Source: Octopus vulgaris (lineage: Eukaryota). Taken from it: a stretch of DNA of 64,000 bases. The notes beneath the pieces are model-generated. The model saw only the letters and a list, made by a program, of their open reading frames with translations. It was not told where the DNA came from and did not search any database. Made by a program: the position numbers and the translations under genes. This document shows positions 39,027-52,477 of the stretch, one piece after another; position 1 is the stretch's first letter; each line of letters opens with the position of its first letter. The stretch spans positions 85,684,001-85,748,000 of the forward strand of contig OX597822.1 of NCBI GenBank assembly GCA_951406725.2, read 5' to 3'.

Positions 39027-39207
39027 CTCCATATACCAAATATACATTATGCACAATGTTATGGGCATCAGCAACAAGCTCTTCCACACATCGATACTTC
39101 TGAGTCTGTACTATTTGCTCCATGGTGTTCAGATCCATTGGTTTGTAAACAAATCGTTTAAAATTCAACTCTTCATCCCTGTGTCCTATTCTGTGCAACT
39201 CCCGGGT
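39027..39207 (-). CDS. ZMYND11: ZMYND11 exon: bromodomain
   Basis: aacttcag|ACCCGG...GGAG|gtaaga; 181 nt; TRELHRIGHRDEELNFKRFVYKPMDLNTMEQIVQTQKYRCVEELVADAHNIVHNVYLVYG (PMDL and KY motifs). Confidence 0.92.
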
Positions 39208-39942
39208 CTGAAGTTTGATAAAAAAACAACAACAAAAAAAAATTAGAAAGAAAGATTAAAAATAATAAAAAAGCAGAAGAAGAAGGAAATTACAGACTGA
39301 CCTAAAAAGAGTTTTTCTATGGATTTCAAATACAAATTGATCAAAATACAGCTGTGAATCTTTGCTGATTTAGTTTTAGGGGGACACTTTTAATAACACA
39401 CTATAACTAGTTTTTACAATGAAGATTGAACACGTAAAACACAAATCTCACAAATACACGATACTTTGAAATATAATGCAGCAGATGTCTCAGTTGTATC
39501 ACAGGTGGGATCTGCCTTGGCATTACATTGAGGATACATCTAATTCTCTTGGTATTAGGTGAAAGTTACACGTGTGTTTGGATACTCAGCCAGTTCACAC
39601 ATCAACTCAACAGGTTGGTCATCCAGTTGATTAATCAACAGAATATCGAAACATATAAACTCCTTCTCATCAATTAAGCACACAGTCAACCCATGTGTGT
39701 GTTTGTGTGTGTGTGTGTTAACAGCTGGCTAGTAGCACTGAACCCTACTGTTAAAACAATGTTGCAATGAAATGGGAGGATTTATATAAAACAATGTTAT
39801 ATATTGTGAAGTATATTTGCCACCTAAGGGGACAATGCTACTGCCGTTTATAGCCCCACAAAGACATCTCCTCCAGCTGGCTAATGACACACTGTCAGTG
39901 TTCGATCAGCATTTGCAAAGAGAAATCATTGTTCCCGTGATA

Positions 39943-39987
39943 CATGCAGACCCGGGTTTCTGAGTAGCAACCCGTCATCAGTGTGTG
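39943..39987 (-). ncRNA. Minimal hammerhead ribozyme relic, second family
   Basis: CACACA-CUGAUGA-CGGGUUGCUACUCA-GAAA-CCCGGG-UC-UGCAUG; intact core, GUC site, palindromic helix III. Confidence 0.6.
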
Positions 39988-40019
39988 ATAAACACTAGCT
40001 ATGATATATATATATAAAA

Positions 40020-40072
<53 letters not shown>

Positions 40073-40254
40073 TATATACACATACATATATATACATACA
40101 TATATATACATGTATGGTAGCCCTGCACTACCAGCGTCCAAAACTGAATATGAAACTTACAGGGTACACTGGTCCACAGGGAATTTCAATCCCAGAGCCT
40201 AAATCAGTGAGGAACCTGGGTATTGACATGAGTGATGTCTAGATAATGTAAAGT

Positions 40255-40386
40255 AGCATATCTCAGCATATCTCCAGAGGTCTCGGTCTTTCATCATTGC
40301 CTCTGTGAGGGCCCAACACTTGAAGGTCATGCTTCACCACCTCATCCCATGTCTTCCTGGGTCTACTTCTACCCAGGATTCCTTCA

Positions 40387-40388
<2 letters not shown>
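40255..40388 (-). mobile_element. RTE LINE ORF C-terminal fragment
   Basis: EGILGRSRPRKTWDEVVKHDLQVLG (GRP..TW...V..DL motif); a similar fragment lies near 46560-46900(-). Confidence 0.7.
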
Positions 40389-40417
<29 letters not shown>

Positions 40418-40749
40418 CATACACACACAGTAATTCCTTGCCATATTGTGGTTCACCTATCACGGTTTATTATTTAAGCTTATGTCGATTCCTCCATAGT
40501 GTTCTTTTACATTTCTAATAAAATAAATATGCACAAATTATAAAAATATTAAAAGAAAATACCCAGTACAGAACTGTTTCTACTTTGTGCATTTTCACCT
40601 ATGGCGGGGTGTTTTGAAACATAACACCCATGATAGTTGAGCGATTACTGTATATATGTTAAGAGAGGAGGAAAAGACAAAAAACAACACAACAGAGACA
40701 TACAAGTAAAAAGAGAAAACTGTAAAAGTTCCATTAGGCAGCAACGAAC

Positions 40750-40824
40750 CTTTTCTTTCAACCTTTGCACTGTGTAACCCAGAAGAGTGTTTAGCATATT
40801 TCCTCGGATCCGATTGTGTCCAGC
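40750..40824 (-). CDS. ZMYND11: ZMYND11 exon: PHD-bromodomain linker / bromodomain start
   Basis: atttctag|GCTGGA...GAAAAG|gttcgt; 75 nt; AGHNRIRGNMLNTLLGYTVQRLKEK resembles human MGTYLRFIVSRMKER. Confidence 0.85.
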
Positions 40825-43651
40825 CTAGAAATAATTACAAGAGTTTTAGAGTATCATGAAAGAGGGATTTCCTTTAAACAGGGACTGAAGAGGAGGGTGT
40901 AAACAAGTTTAGGTAACTTTCATTGCCATCATCATCATTTAATGTCTGTTTTCCATGCTGGCATGGGTTGGACAGCTTGACAGGAGCTGGCAAGGCCAAG
41001 GGCCACAACAAGCTCCATTGTTTGTTTTGGCAAGCTTTCTACGGCTGGATGCCCTTCCTAATGCCAACCACTTTACAGAGTGGACTGGGTACTTTTTAAA
41101 TGGCACCAGCACCAATGCTACCCTCCAAGAAAAATATTCAACACACACTGCAGTTAACATCCGTTGCAAATAACATTATCACTTCCTTTCGTATCAAACT
41201 CATCTTTAAAGATGATAAAATAATAAAAGTATTGAGGTTGATAAGTTTGGCTAAAATGCTTCAAAGCAGTGCTCCAGCATGGCCACAGGCTAATGACTGA
41301 AACAATTAAAATATATATACATATATGTGCATATATAATGTGTGTATGTATATATATATTCTTTTATTCTTTCACTCGTTTCAGTCATTTGACTAAGGCC
41401 ATGGTGGAGCACTATCTTGAAGGGTTTTAGTCGAACAAATTGACCCCCACCTCTCCCTGGACTTATTTTTAAATTCTAGTACTCATTCTATCGGTCTCTT
41501 TTGCCGAACTGCTAATTACTGGGATGTAAACACACTGTCAGAGGTTGCCAAGCAATGATGGGAAGATAAACACACACATATATATATATGACGGGCTTCT
41601 TTCAGTTTCTGTCTACCAAATCCACTCACAAGACTTTGGTCAGCCTAAAGCTATAGAAGACACTTGCCGAAAGTGCCATGCAATGGAACTGAACCAGGAA
41701 CCATGTGTTTGGGAAGCAAGCTTCTTACCACACAGCCACCCCTGCACCTATAATAAACTTAAATTTTTTAATATGTAAAAGAGATGAAGGCATTTTTAGT
41801 GTTGTTGTGAGGGATATTTTCACTTAAAACCAATTTAATGAGTGCACATGCTCAAGTACTGAGTCATAATGACTATTTTGACTTTGCTGAGCTTCTCCAC
41901 AGAACTGCTACATGTGCTGTGTAAAAAACAAGTGATTTGGATTATAAAATCACATTTTTGACCAATCAATTAATGTTCAAAAGGTTTGTTAGGTGGAAGT
42001 GCAATAAAGAATTAAGTCCAAGAAGAACAGAATATTTTTTAAGGAAAACATTCAACTAATAACTAGATGCGGGCGTGGCTTTGTGGTAAGGGGGCTTCAA
42101 AACCACATGGTTCTGGGTTTAGTCTCACTGTATGGCACCTTGGACAGAAGTCTTCTACCACAGCCTTGGGCCAACTACAGCTTTATGAGTGGATTTGGTA
42201 GACAAGGGTTGAAGGGCGTCTGTTGTGTGTGTATGTGTCTGTCTGTCTGTCTCCTACCACTGCTTGACAACCAGTGTTGGTGTGTTTTCATCCCAGCAAC
42301 TCAGCAGTTCAGCAAAAGAGATCAATAGAATAAGTACCAGGGTCAAAAAAGCCAAAGAGGTAATGGGGTCAATACATTTGAGTGAAATTCCTCAAGGAAG
42401 TGCCCCAGCATGGCCACAGTCTAATGACTGAAACAAATAAAAGATGGAAGAAAACAGATACGTAAACCTTGTTTTGTGGGTTTTGTGGTTAAGAGATTCA
42501 GTTGAGAAACACAGGGTCCCAGTAAAGTGTGGCAGAGGAAGGCGCTCAGTGTTTGGTTTCAGTTTTAATGATGCAAGTCAATGAGAAGGAGAGAGAGAGT
42601 GCCCTGTTCAGGAACACAACAAAATAGAGCGGATTTGAACTTATGATCTGTGATTTAGTGATACAATGCCTTGTCAACTCAGCCACTTTGGCAGTGATGC
42701 AGAGAAAACTGTCAAGCAACTAGGCGCATGGGGGGGGGGGGGTAAACTAATGGTGGATTATGGGGGGGAAATACCACAAGTAACCAGTGGGGATGACTAT
42801 GGAATAAATTAGTAAGGGAGATCAGGGAACGAGTTACTGAAGCCAAACTAGAGATAAATTGCAGCGAAATGTAGCAGCAATTACAATGAAAGCTGTTAAT
42901 ACATGCAGTGTCTAGAAGAAGGGATCTACAAGGAGAAGCTTTTTCAATATGCTGATCAGTTGTCAATTTATTTACATTTATTTTATACTCATTTAATATA
43001 TATATATCATCATCATCATCACCATCAACATTTAACATCTATTATCCATGCTGGCATGGGTTGGAATGGTTTGACAGGAACTGGTAAGGCCAGGGGCTGC
43101 ACCAGGTTCCATTGTCTGTTCTGGTTTGTCTCTATGGCTGGATGCCCTTTCAAACACCAACCACTTTACAGAATGTACTCAGTGCTCTTTACGTGGCACT
43201 ATCACTAGCGCTCTTTATGCGGCACATAAATTTCTATTGATTTACCAGAAACAATAAATTACAGGACTCAATACAAATGTAGGCTACTCTTTAAAATATT
43301 ATAGCTGAAAGGCTCTCCTTTCCAGTACTCACAGTTGCACATTTCCAGTTATCAGCAGGTAAACTGAGTATGGTTTTCATTTGAATACCCAATGTCAGAT
43401 TTTCTCTTTTTTTCTTTTAAATATGAAATGAAAGCTTGAAGAAAACACTTACCCGTGTGTTCTTTTGTTTAAAAGACTTTTTGAGCAAAAAGGTTTTCAA
43501 ATAAAAGAACAATAAGCATTTCTTTCAAGCTTTAATTTCATATTTCATGAAATATGCAGACAGGGGATATCTCAAAAGAAAACCAGGTTCGGTTTATCTG
43601 CAGATGATTGAAACGAGCAATTCAGGGTACTAGAAATCCAGAGCCTTTCAG

Positions 43652-43682
<31 letters not shown>

Positions 43683-43742
43683 TTGAAAAAAAATGACTTT
43701 ACTGGTATTTCTTATCAGTTTAATCTATTATTTTTTAATACA

Positions 43743-43810
<68 letters not shown>

Positions 43811-46800
43811 TGTTTGCTTTTATATCAAGTTATAATAAAAACAGTTTTGCATTCAAACGAAGGATTAATCTATACATTCTGTAAAGTACATATTTACTAT
43901 TCTTTAACAACAATAGTGTTGACAGTAACTTCGAAGTCTCAGCCTGCTTAGCCTTCATCTAACAGTAGTGCATTTGTGTTCATGTTCCTTGGATGTAGAC
44001 TCTGTTATTTATATTTTTTAATGTATAGTTATATGCACGCCTTTTTAAAATGCCCTACATTTGTGTCGGGTCCAAAATAATATATTGTAAATATCTTTAC
44101 TAAACCCATGCTTAAAACCAAACAGAAGAAATATTCATAAAAGTACAGTCTACAAACTTTGCCTCTCCAAAACACAAAGGTCAAATTTTTTAAATAGTAA
44201 TCAAATAACACCAAGAACAATTAACTCTTGGAGAGAAATCTGCTAACCAACTAATTTTTCCGCCTAACCACACCCTTTTGTGAACTTTAAAACACAAGAT
44301 AAATAAATTTGTATATTAACAACATGATCTAAAGCTGACAGACCTAAATAAACACACCTATTCACAGAGTCATGCATGCTTCACTGAAATCTGAACAATG
44401 GTCTTTACCTTCCCAAAACAAACAGATTAAACTTCCTAAATAAAACAAACAAGTAAATAAACCTACTGACCAACTAACCTTTCCACTTACCCTCACTCTT
44501 TTGTGAACCTCTACAAGAACATCTCCAAAGTACTGAAGCTAATACACCTGATTACAAACTTCTACATGCATAACTGAATTCTGAACAATAGTACAACCCC
44601 AAATTTAATCAATTAAAATCTTCCATAATATCTTTTCATCAGAAACTACACTACAATCAAATTATCATTCAACAGAGTTTCACCTGCTTCAGAAAATTTA
44701 AACTAAACAGATTATACAAAGTCAAGATGAACTCAAATGTACTACTACTTGTTAAAGAATAAGTAGGTCAAAACTTCAGTCACTGTCAACATTATTTTTA
44801 CTAAAGAAATACTATACACACACACATACACCCGTGTGTACATGCATGTGACATATAGTTCTTTTAGATACATTATTCTCCATGCTAACATGTGTTTTGT
44901 GATTATAGAAAGCTGTTTAAAAATTCTCAGGAAAGATGACATTATCATAAAAGGATAAGAAAAACTGGAAGACAAGGGGGGGGGCAGAGAATAAAAGAAA
45001 AGAAAGCAGGTGACATGTTTCTCACATTCCATTTGACCAACGAAAAATATAAGAAAGAAAGAATGGTAGAAACATAGGCAGAAGCTTATTAAATGAATGT
45101 TTTCTTAGATTATTAATTATTTCAAAACACAAAAATGCCCTCAGGAAGAAGTACCACACATACATCCTTACAAATGGCACAATATTTCACCATGTTAGCA
45201 GGGAGGAAAGATTAAGTTTTTTGTAAACATTTATCGCAGAATTTTAGAAAAATATTTGCATATCATTGCAGTATGTGGATTTTTTGGTGTTTTTACCTTT
45301 TTTTGTTTTTTTGCACAGGTGCAACTTCTCTACAGCTAACAGTTTAACAATGATATAATTTGTGTGTGTGTGTGTATCATATCACTATGGAGACATCTCC
45401 CAGAAGCTGTAGAAAATAATGATCACATGAACCTGGCATCAGTGGTTTAGTATGTATCCCCCCTCACAACAGCCATCATCATCATCATCAGCATTGCATG
45501 AGACAGATAGGATCCAATGAATTCAAAGATGTGCTCTAATATCTGCCTTGGCATAGCTTTTATGTTTGGGTGCCCATCTTAGTACCAACCACTTCATAGC
45601 ATATACTAGGTGCATTTTTTTTCCATACAACAGGCACTAGCGAGGTCCTCCATATATCTCCCAAGGCTACGGAACCTGAGGGGGTGGGGAGACAGCTTGA
45701 TGCAAGAAATACGGGTTATGGTATGAGAGGAGGTGGGGAGGCAAAGCAGGTTCTTGAGAAGCTAAAATGGCAACTCACAAGGAGAGAGAGAGAGAGAGAC
45801 ACAGAGAGAAAAGGGAATCAGTAGCAATTGGGAAAGATAATGGTGACAAGGTATCCAGGTGGCACCTCAAGGTAAGTGGAGAGTAGAAGTAAGAGGAGAT
45901 AGAGGAACTAGGAGTGTGAGTGGGTGGAGGTGTACAAGAGATGGGAAATGGGAGAGCGGAGGGAGGCAATGGCTGTAAAGATGAAGTAGGGTTGAAGGTG
46001 TGTGGAGAATGATGAAAACAGGGGGTAGAGGTGGAGAATGATGAATACAGGGGGTAGAGGTGGAGCATGGCCAATGGTGCAGGAGTTTGGGGAATGTAGA
46101 GGGATGAAAAAAGAGAGCAGTAACAGGATGATAATGATGATATGATGATATGATGATAGTTGTCACAGGGAGGACAAGAGAGATAATGTGTGTTTAGGGA
46201 GGCTGCAGAAGAGGGAAAGAGAGAAAGAGGGAGGCAGGCATTGTGCATGGGGAGAGATAATTCGATGGTCCGGTGAGGGGGAGGGATGCGGGTTATGATA
46301 TGACCAGTGTAAGGTGTAGTGAACAATGGATGAAGAAAGACTAACAAGTGAAATGGTTCCCTATAGCAAGAAAGAGAGAAGTTGTATAAAGGAGAGAGAG
46401 AGAGCTATGGTGAGACATACAAAAGGAGAGCGACATAAGGGAGGAGATTGGGAGAGATATTCTCTTATGCACATATGACACAGGTAATATACACACACAC
46501 AGACACACATGCATAGATTGTATTAGTTTTGCTGCAATGGGCAAGTCTTGTGAAGAACCACATATCATTAGGCATCTCAGTCCTTTGTCATCTCCTCAAT
46601 GAGGCGCAGGGTCCTGAGGTCAGCCTTAACCACTTTGGCCCTTGTCTTCCTGGGTCTCCCTCTTCTACAATCACATTTAGTGACTGGCACTTCTTTATAC
46701 AGCTGTCCACACCCATATCCCTCATCATCATCTGTCCCAGTCTTCTTTCATGCACATCTGATTGCTCTTTTGTCCAGCTTTTTTCTCAGAATATTTACAC

Positions 46801-48356
46801 CATGTTGTTCATTGACACTCACATTGGAACATACAAGCTTCATTCCTTTCCTCTCTCTCTCTCTTCAACTCCTCTGCATTCAAGACCCAGATTTCATTAC
46901 CATGCAGAATTTCAGTTCTAACACAAATGTTATACCATCTGTCCAAGGTAACAAAACCACCCCGCTATTTCTAGTAAGCCATCAAGGCATTTTTCTAATT
47001 CCAGGGTATTCATAGAACATACAGCTCCCACACATACAAAGCTAATGTTCCCTGCTTGTCTGTCTGCAATTGCACAGTTTATATTGGGGATGGCTATGTT
47101 GCTTAATTTTTTCCATGAAAAGATGAAACACTGGATCCCTGACTTGCAATGCTTTCTTCATACTCTGGAAGAAAATAAAGGGGTTTTTCTGAACCCCAAC
47201 CAGACATAATTAAAGAATTGTGTGGATCAGGAGCTCACTTTGCAACCATGTGGTCTTAGGTTCAGTCCCACTGTGGGCCACCTTGGATGAGTGGTTTCCA
47301 CCATAGCCTTGGAGCAACCAATGACTTGCGAGTGACATTGGGAGATGGAAACTGTTTGGAAGCCCATCAAATATACATATATGCATGTATGGATGAGCAA
47401 GTGTCTTTGTATCTGTATTTGTCACTGCCCTCTGCTTCACAAAAGATAATGGTTCATTTACATCCCTGTAACTTAGCAGTTTAGCAAAAGAGATTAACAG
47501 AATAAGTTCCAGACTTTGAAAGTAACTACTGGGGCCGATTTGTTTGATGAAACCTTTTGAGGCAGTGCCCCAGCATGGCCATGAAAGAACTTAATTTTCT
47601 ATATACGAAATCAATGCCAAGAACAATAACAACAAACTTTTACTTGTTTCACTCATTTGACTGGCCATTCTGGGGCACCGCCTTGAAGAATTTCAGTCAA
47701 ATGGATAGACACCAATACTTTTTTTTAAACAAGGTATTTATTTTATTAGTCACTTTTGTTGAACCACTAAGTTACTGGAATGTAAACACACCAATACCAG
47801 TTGTCAAGCAGTAGTGAGTGATGCACACACACATACATATACAACGGGCTTCTTGCAGTTTCCACCTACCAAATCCACCCACAAAGCTTTGGCTAGCCCA
47901 AGGCTATAGTAGAAGCTAACTTGCCCGAGATGCAACACAGTGAGAGTGAACCTAGAACCATGTGGTTGGGAAGCAAACTTCTTATAATAATAATACGTAA
48001 CAAATATGGACAAATAGAAAGGCAGAAGATTATTAACCTCTCATTTTGCACCGTGAATCCTTTTGTTTCACTATTTTTCTCACCTCCACCAGGTTACAAT
48101 GAAAGTCTGAAAATTAATGGAGGCTTCTTCCACATGATATGAAGAAATTGTTACTAAGTGAACACTCTAATAACCATTTCAATGAAGCAACCGAGCAAAA
48201 ACAGAATAAGGTAGGGGTGGAATAGAATGGTACATAAATATTGGGATATAAAGGACCAAAAACCCCAGGGAAAAAAAGGAACTATATGTTAAAAAAAAAA
48301 TGTATAAAGGGTGCAAGTTTGAGTAAGAGTGAAAGTAGACAAAGAGGACTACATAC

Positions 48357-48362
48357 CTGTTT
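48357..48362 (-). CDS. ZMYND11: Candidate 6-nt microexon of ZMYND11 (Lys-Gln)
   Basis: Minus strand: roughly 45-nt polypyrimidine tract ending ttgcttttaccag|AAACAG|gtatgt; in frame. Confidence 0.5.
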
Positions 48363-48740
48363 CTGGTAAAAGCAAGAGAGAAAGAAAGAAAGAGAGAAAG
48401 ACAAGATAGAGATATCAGTAAAGATGGCTTGATTAGGTCTTTTCTGTTTTATATAAAAGAGGATTAGAGAAAAATATCTGTAACACTTCACATTCATATT
48501 AGGTCGGAGTTTATTGAAGTTTTAAATCTATCTGGCTCACAGTTATATATCCATGTGTGTATGTGTGTGTGCATATTCGAATACAATACGCACACTCACA
48601 TACACACAAATGACTGGACAAATGAAAGAATGTGGCACTCAACACAGCTGGTCAGGGTTATATATATTATTCAAAAGTATGGGCCCACAAAACTTTAAAC
48701 CATATGGAGCTGAGTCAAACTGTTATTACAATTATATGTA

Positions 48741-48972
48741 ATTATTTAATAAACACAATATATGTCTTTATGTGCTACTATTAGTTTCATGTGTTGAGAG
48801 CATGCCAGACAGTATTTTTGAACATGTCTGGTGTCCTAACACAATCATCAGACATTGCCCACATGCAAGTGTCTGATGATTGTGCATACTATCTGGTATG
48901 CAGTCTGGCAAGCTCTCAGCACATGAAACTAATATTAGCACATAAATACATATATTGTGTTTATTAAATAAT
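48741..48972. repeat. 232-bp foldback inverted repeat (MITE-like)
   Basis: 70-bp arms (48741-48810 and 48903-48972) with 4 mismatches; nested 15-bp perfect stem at 48840-48884. Confidence 0.9.
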
Positions 48973-49036
48973 ATTTATCTCACACCTGATGGAGTACTTT
49001 TTTTTTTGTTGATCTTACCATCATGGAACAGTACAT

Positions 49037-49068
<32 letters not shown>

Positions 49069-49190
49069 CCTTTATGGGTATTGTGTGTGTGTATGAGTAT
49101 GTGCATTATATGCAAGTTCTTGTGTCTGTAGCAAAATATTTTGAATAACATGCACTCATTTACATTGTGAGTGACTGTGTGTGTGTGTGT

Positions 49191-49228
<38 letters not shown>

Positions 49229-50161
49229 GAATGATATAAATATTTGATAAGAACATGGAAGCTAAAAGCCAGGATATTTTGTGCTTTATCAGATGAGTTA
49301 CAATACGATTTATATAGCATGTCATGTTTGCCCATAGGACACAAATGGTAAAGTCTAAGATCCAGAAGTTTGGCACCACCATTCTCTTAGCCATTGATAA
49401 TACAATAGAGGAGGAGGGGGAGGAGGAGGAAGAGAGGGGGAGGAGGAGGCAGTGTATAGTGTGCTTGTAAGTGGAGTAAGAGGAAGACCTATGGAGGGTG
49501 TATTCTTGCAGTAAGTCTGTGTAAAAAAAATGAATAAATACAAAAAAAGGGTGAATGTCTCTTAATCCCCAAAGAGCTTTCAATGATCAGTGCCTGTCTT
49601 TGTTTTTTTTTTTTTTTGGTGATGGTGGGTGGAGTTGTGCTTAGTGAATCCAGGAGAAATCTTAACCTGTGTAGGATGCCAGATTGTCTTGGGTACCATT
49701 TCTCAATGATCTGGAATCTATTACTAACAGCCTGTAGAACTAAGGCAATACAGGATCAAATGCAACACAAAAATATACAAAATGTTTATAATAAATCTAA
49801 AGTGTTTACAAGCTTCTGCAAAACTACGTAATTCTGTTTGCACAGATTTACTAAAACAGGATGAAGGATTCCAGATCAAGCCTATGGCAATATTTGGTCC
49901 AGGTAAGGCAGCAAGCTGGCAGAAACGTTTGCATGCTGGGTGAAATGCTTAGCAGTATCTTGTCTGTCTTTATACTCTGAGTTCAAAATCCATCGAGGTT
50001 GACTTTACATCCTTTCAGGTTCTATAAATTAAGTACCAGATGCATATTGGGGTCAATCTAATTGACTGGGCCCTTCTCCAAAAAATTTGGGCCTTGTGCC
50101 TAGAGTAGAAAAGAATATTTAGTCCAGGTCCCCTCACAATTTCATTAAAAAAATGTTAATT

Positions 50162-50212
<51 letters not shown>

Positions 50213-50649
50213 TATATTGTGAGAATTACTTCAGAATTACCCAGCTAGAGTCATGATTGATACCAAATCCAGTTCTTAGCAAATCTTTTGTTATATAAAT
50301 CAATTAAAAAGTAGTATATAAATCCATGTATTAAAATATATGACCTATTTTCTCTTCTCTTTGACGATACAGATTGAACAGAAATGGAATTTATGTTCTA
50401 CTGTTTTGAAATTTACACACATGTTCATCCAAACAGACTCCAGTGATATGAGAAATATTGAAAGGTTTTACAGAGGAAAAAGCGAATGCTTTCTATTGAG
50501 GATTAGTCTTCTCAAGAACTGTTTGCACTCATTTGGACAATCTCAAGTTGCACACATACCATGGGATGGATTTTCCCCACACATCTCTGCACACAAGCTT
50601 TGCTAACATCCCATAGTCTTTTTTTTCTCTATTGTTAATAAAGTTGTTC

Positions 50650-50727
<78 letters not shown>

Positions 50728-51946
50728 TAGACAGAGAGAGACAGAGAGCCCTTCATCCATTTACTTGGCCTACATTATGAATAGGGTTTTTAGAAATCAT
50801 AGTTCCAATCTGGTCTACAAGATCTGGTTTATGCTTCAACTGCCCTCAACCCACAAAGGGCTTTGGATTCCTTCTGATCAATATATGTCTAAGTTGCTGA
50901 TGGATGACAGTGCTGCAACTAAATGTCAGTGACGTAAAGAAACTGTAGAGAAATTCCTTCTTCGAAGAGCAACCTAACGTGTCACTTACCTTCTTCCTTT
51001 TACTTTACTAATGCCATCCTTCTCCCTCCCTCCTTCCCTCTCTCTTGTCTTCTGCTGACCAAAGTTGGTGTCAAGACAATTGCTGAAGTTTCAATCTACA
51101 GACACACTCATTAGCAACAACAGCTTCATCAAACAAGAAATACATCATTAACAGATTTTTAAACTGCACACACACACACTTGTTGATATATCAATTTATG
51201 TAGAATTATATCTGAAAGTGTTGTGCTAAGGGATGAAAGCAGGGATCCAGTCTAGTCACAGTAAATGATATGAGGAGGGATGGGAAAGGGTGAAGTAGAG
51301 GAGAATGTTTAAAATGGAAAATGATGCTGGAGATTGTAAGGAAATCCCAGGAAGTTTAACAAAGGACAATGAAAATTATATTATTAATGATTCTAATTGG
51401 GTTTGTAATAACAAGAATGGTGATGATGACAACGACGACTAGCAACAGCATTTTGGAAGCACCATCAAAGGAACTTCTCCATAGTCATTGGACCCACAAA
51501 AATAACAGCCAAATCTCAACTAAATCTGTCTTATATAGAACAGGACATTAGTAATGCGGGCATCTGTACCACACAAAAGGATGGGACGGTCACGGCTAAA
51601 AGGCCTTCGATCACCAGCTGAATCAGCAAGGACATGATGAACCCCCTTAAAAAAAAAATTTACATCCCCACCCCCAACACCACAGACAACCAAACTTTCA
51701 CCAATGGTCATCCTTCAAGACAATGCCAACACTTGGTTGATTCTCCTCAATTGAGAGTTTTGTGCTGTGGCTTTGTCGTAGTATCATGTCCCATGCAACA
51801 ACAACAACAACAACAACAACCAGTATGGAGTCTGTCCATCTGTCAGAGCCAGTAGAATCAATACTTGGAACATCAGCTTCAAACCAAATACAAGTATTGA
51901 TCTGTGGTGGGGGTGGGGGTGATGGCAGACGTTGCAGAGTTCATGA

Positions 51947-51981
<35 letters not shown>

Positions 51982-52426
51982 AAAAAGGTGGTGGTGGCAA
52001 CAGCAGTGGCAGTTCTTAGCAAGGATAGTGGTAGTGTGTTGGTAATAGTAACAGTGGTAGTGGTGAAAGTAGAAATTGTTGTAAATGGTGGAGGGGAAGG
52101 AAGTAGTGGTGGTGGTGGTAATAATACGGATGTGGAGGGGGAAGGCAACTCATTCTTCAAGTCCAGAATGTTCCAGAAGGATTAAATCAATACCAAATGG
52201 CATCAAACAAACACATTCATTTCTTTTCTTTTTTCTTTTCATATGAAGAATCAAAGAATCTATTGGAAAGGAATTTGTCATTATAGGAAATATTTTTGTT
52301 GTGGTGGTGGTGGTGGTGGTGGTGGTGGTGGTGAGGCAGCAGTGATGGTACAGCTGTTGTCATCGAATCAATTTAGGTGACTGATCATGCACACCAAGCC
52401 TAGCAGCAGCATTATTGTTATCATTC

Positions 52427-52472
<46 letters not shown>

Positions 52473-52477
<5 letters not shown>

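Noticed and set aside
51879-52185. Thr/Pro-rich or Val-rich ORFs suggesting a nested gene
   Set aside because: Built from (GTA)n and (GGT)n repeats; no splice structure or domain.
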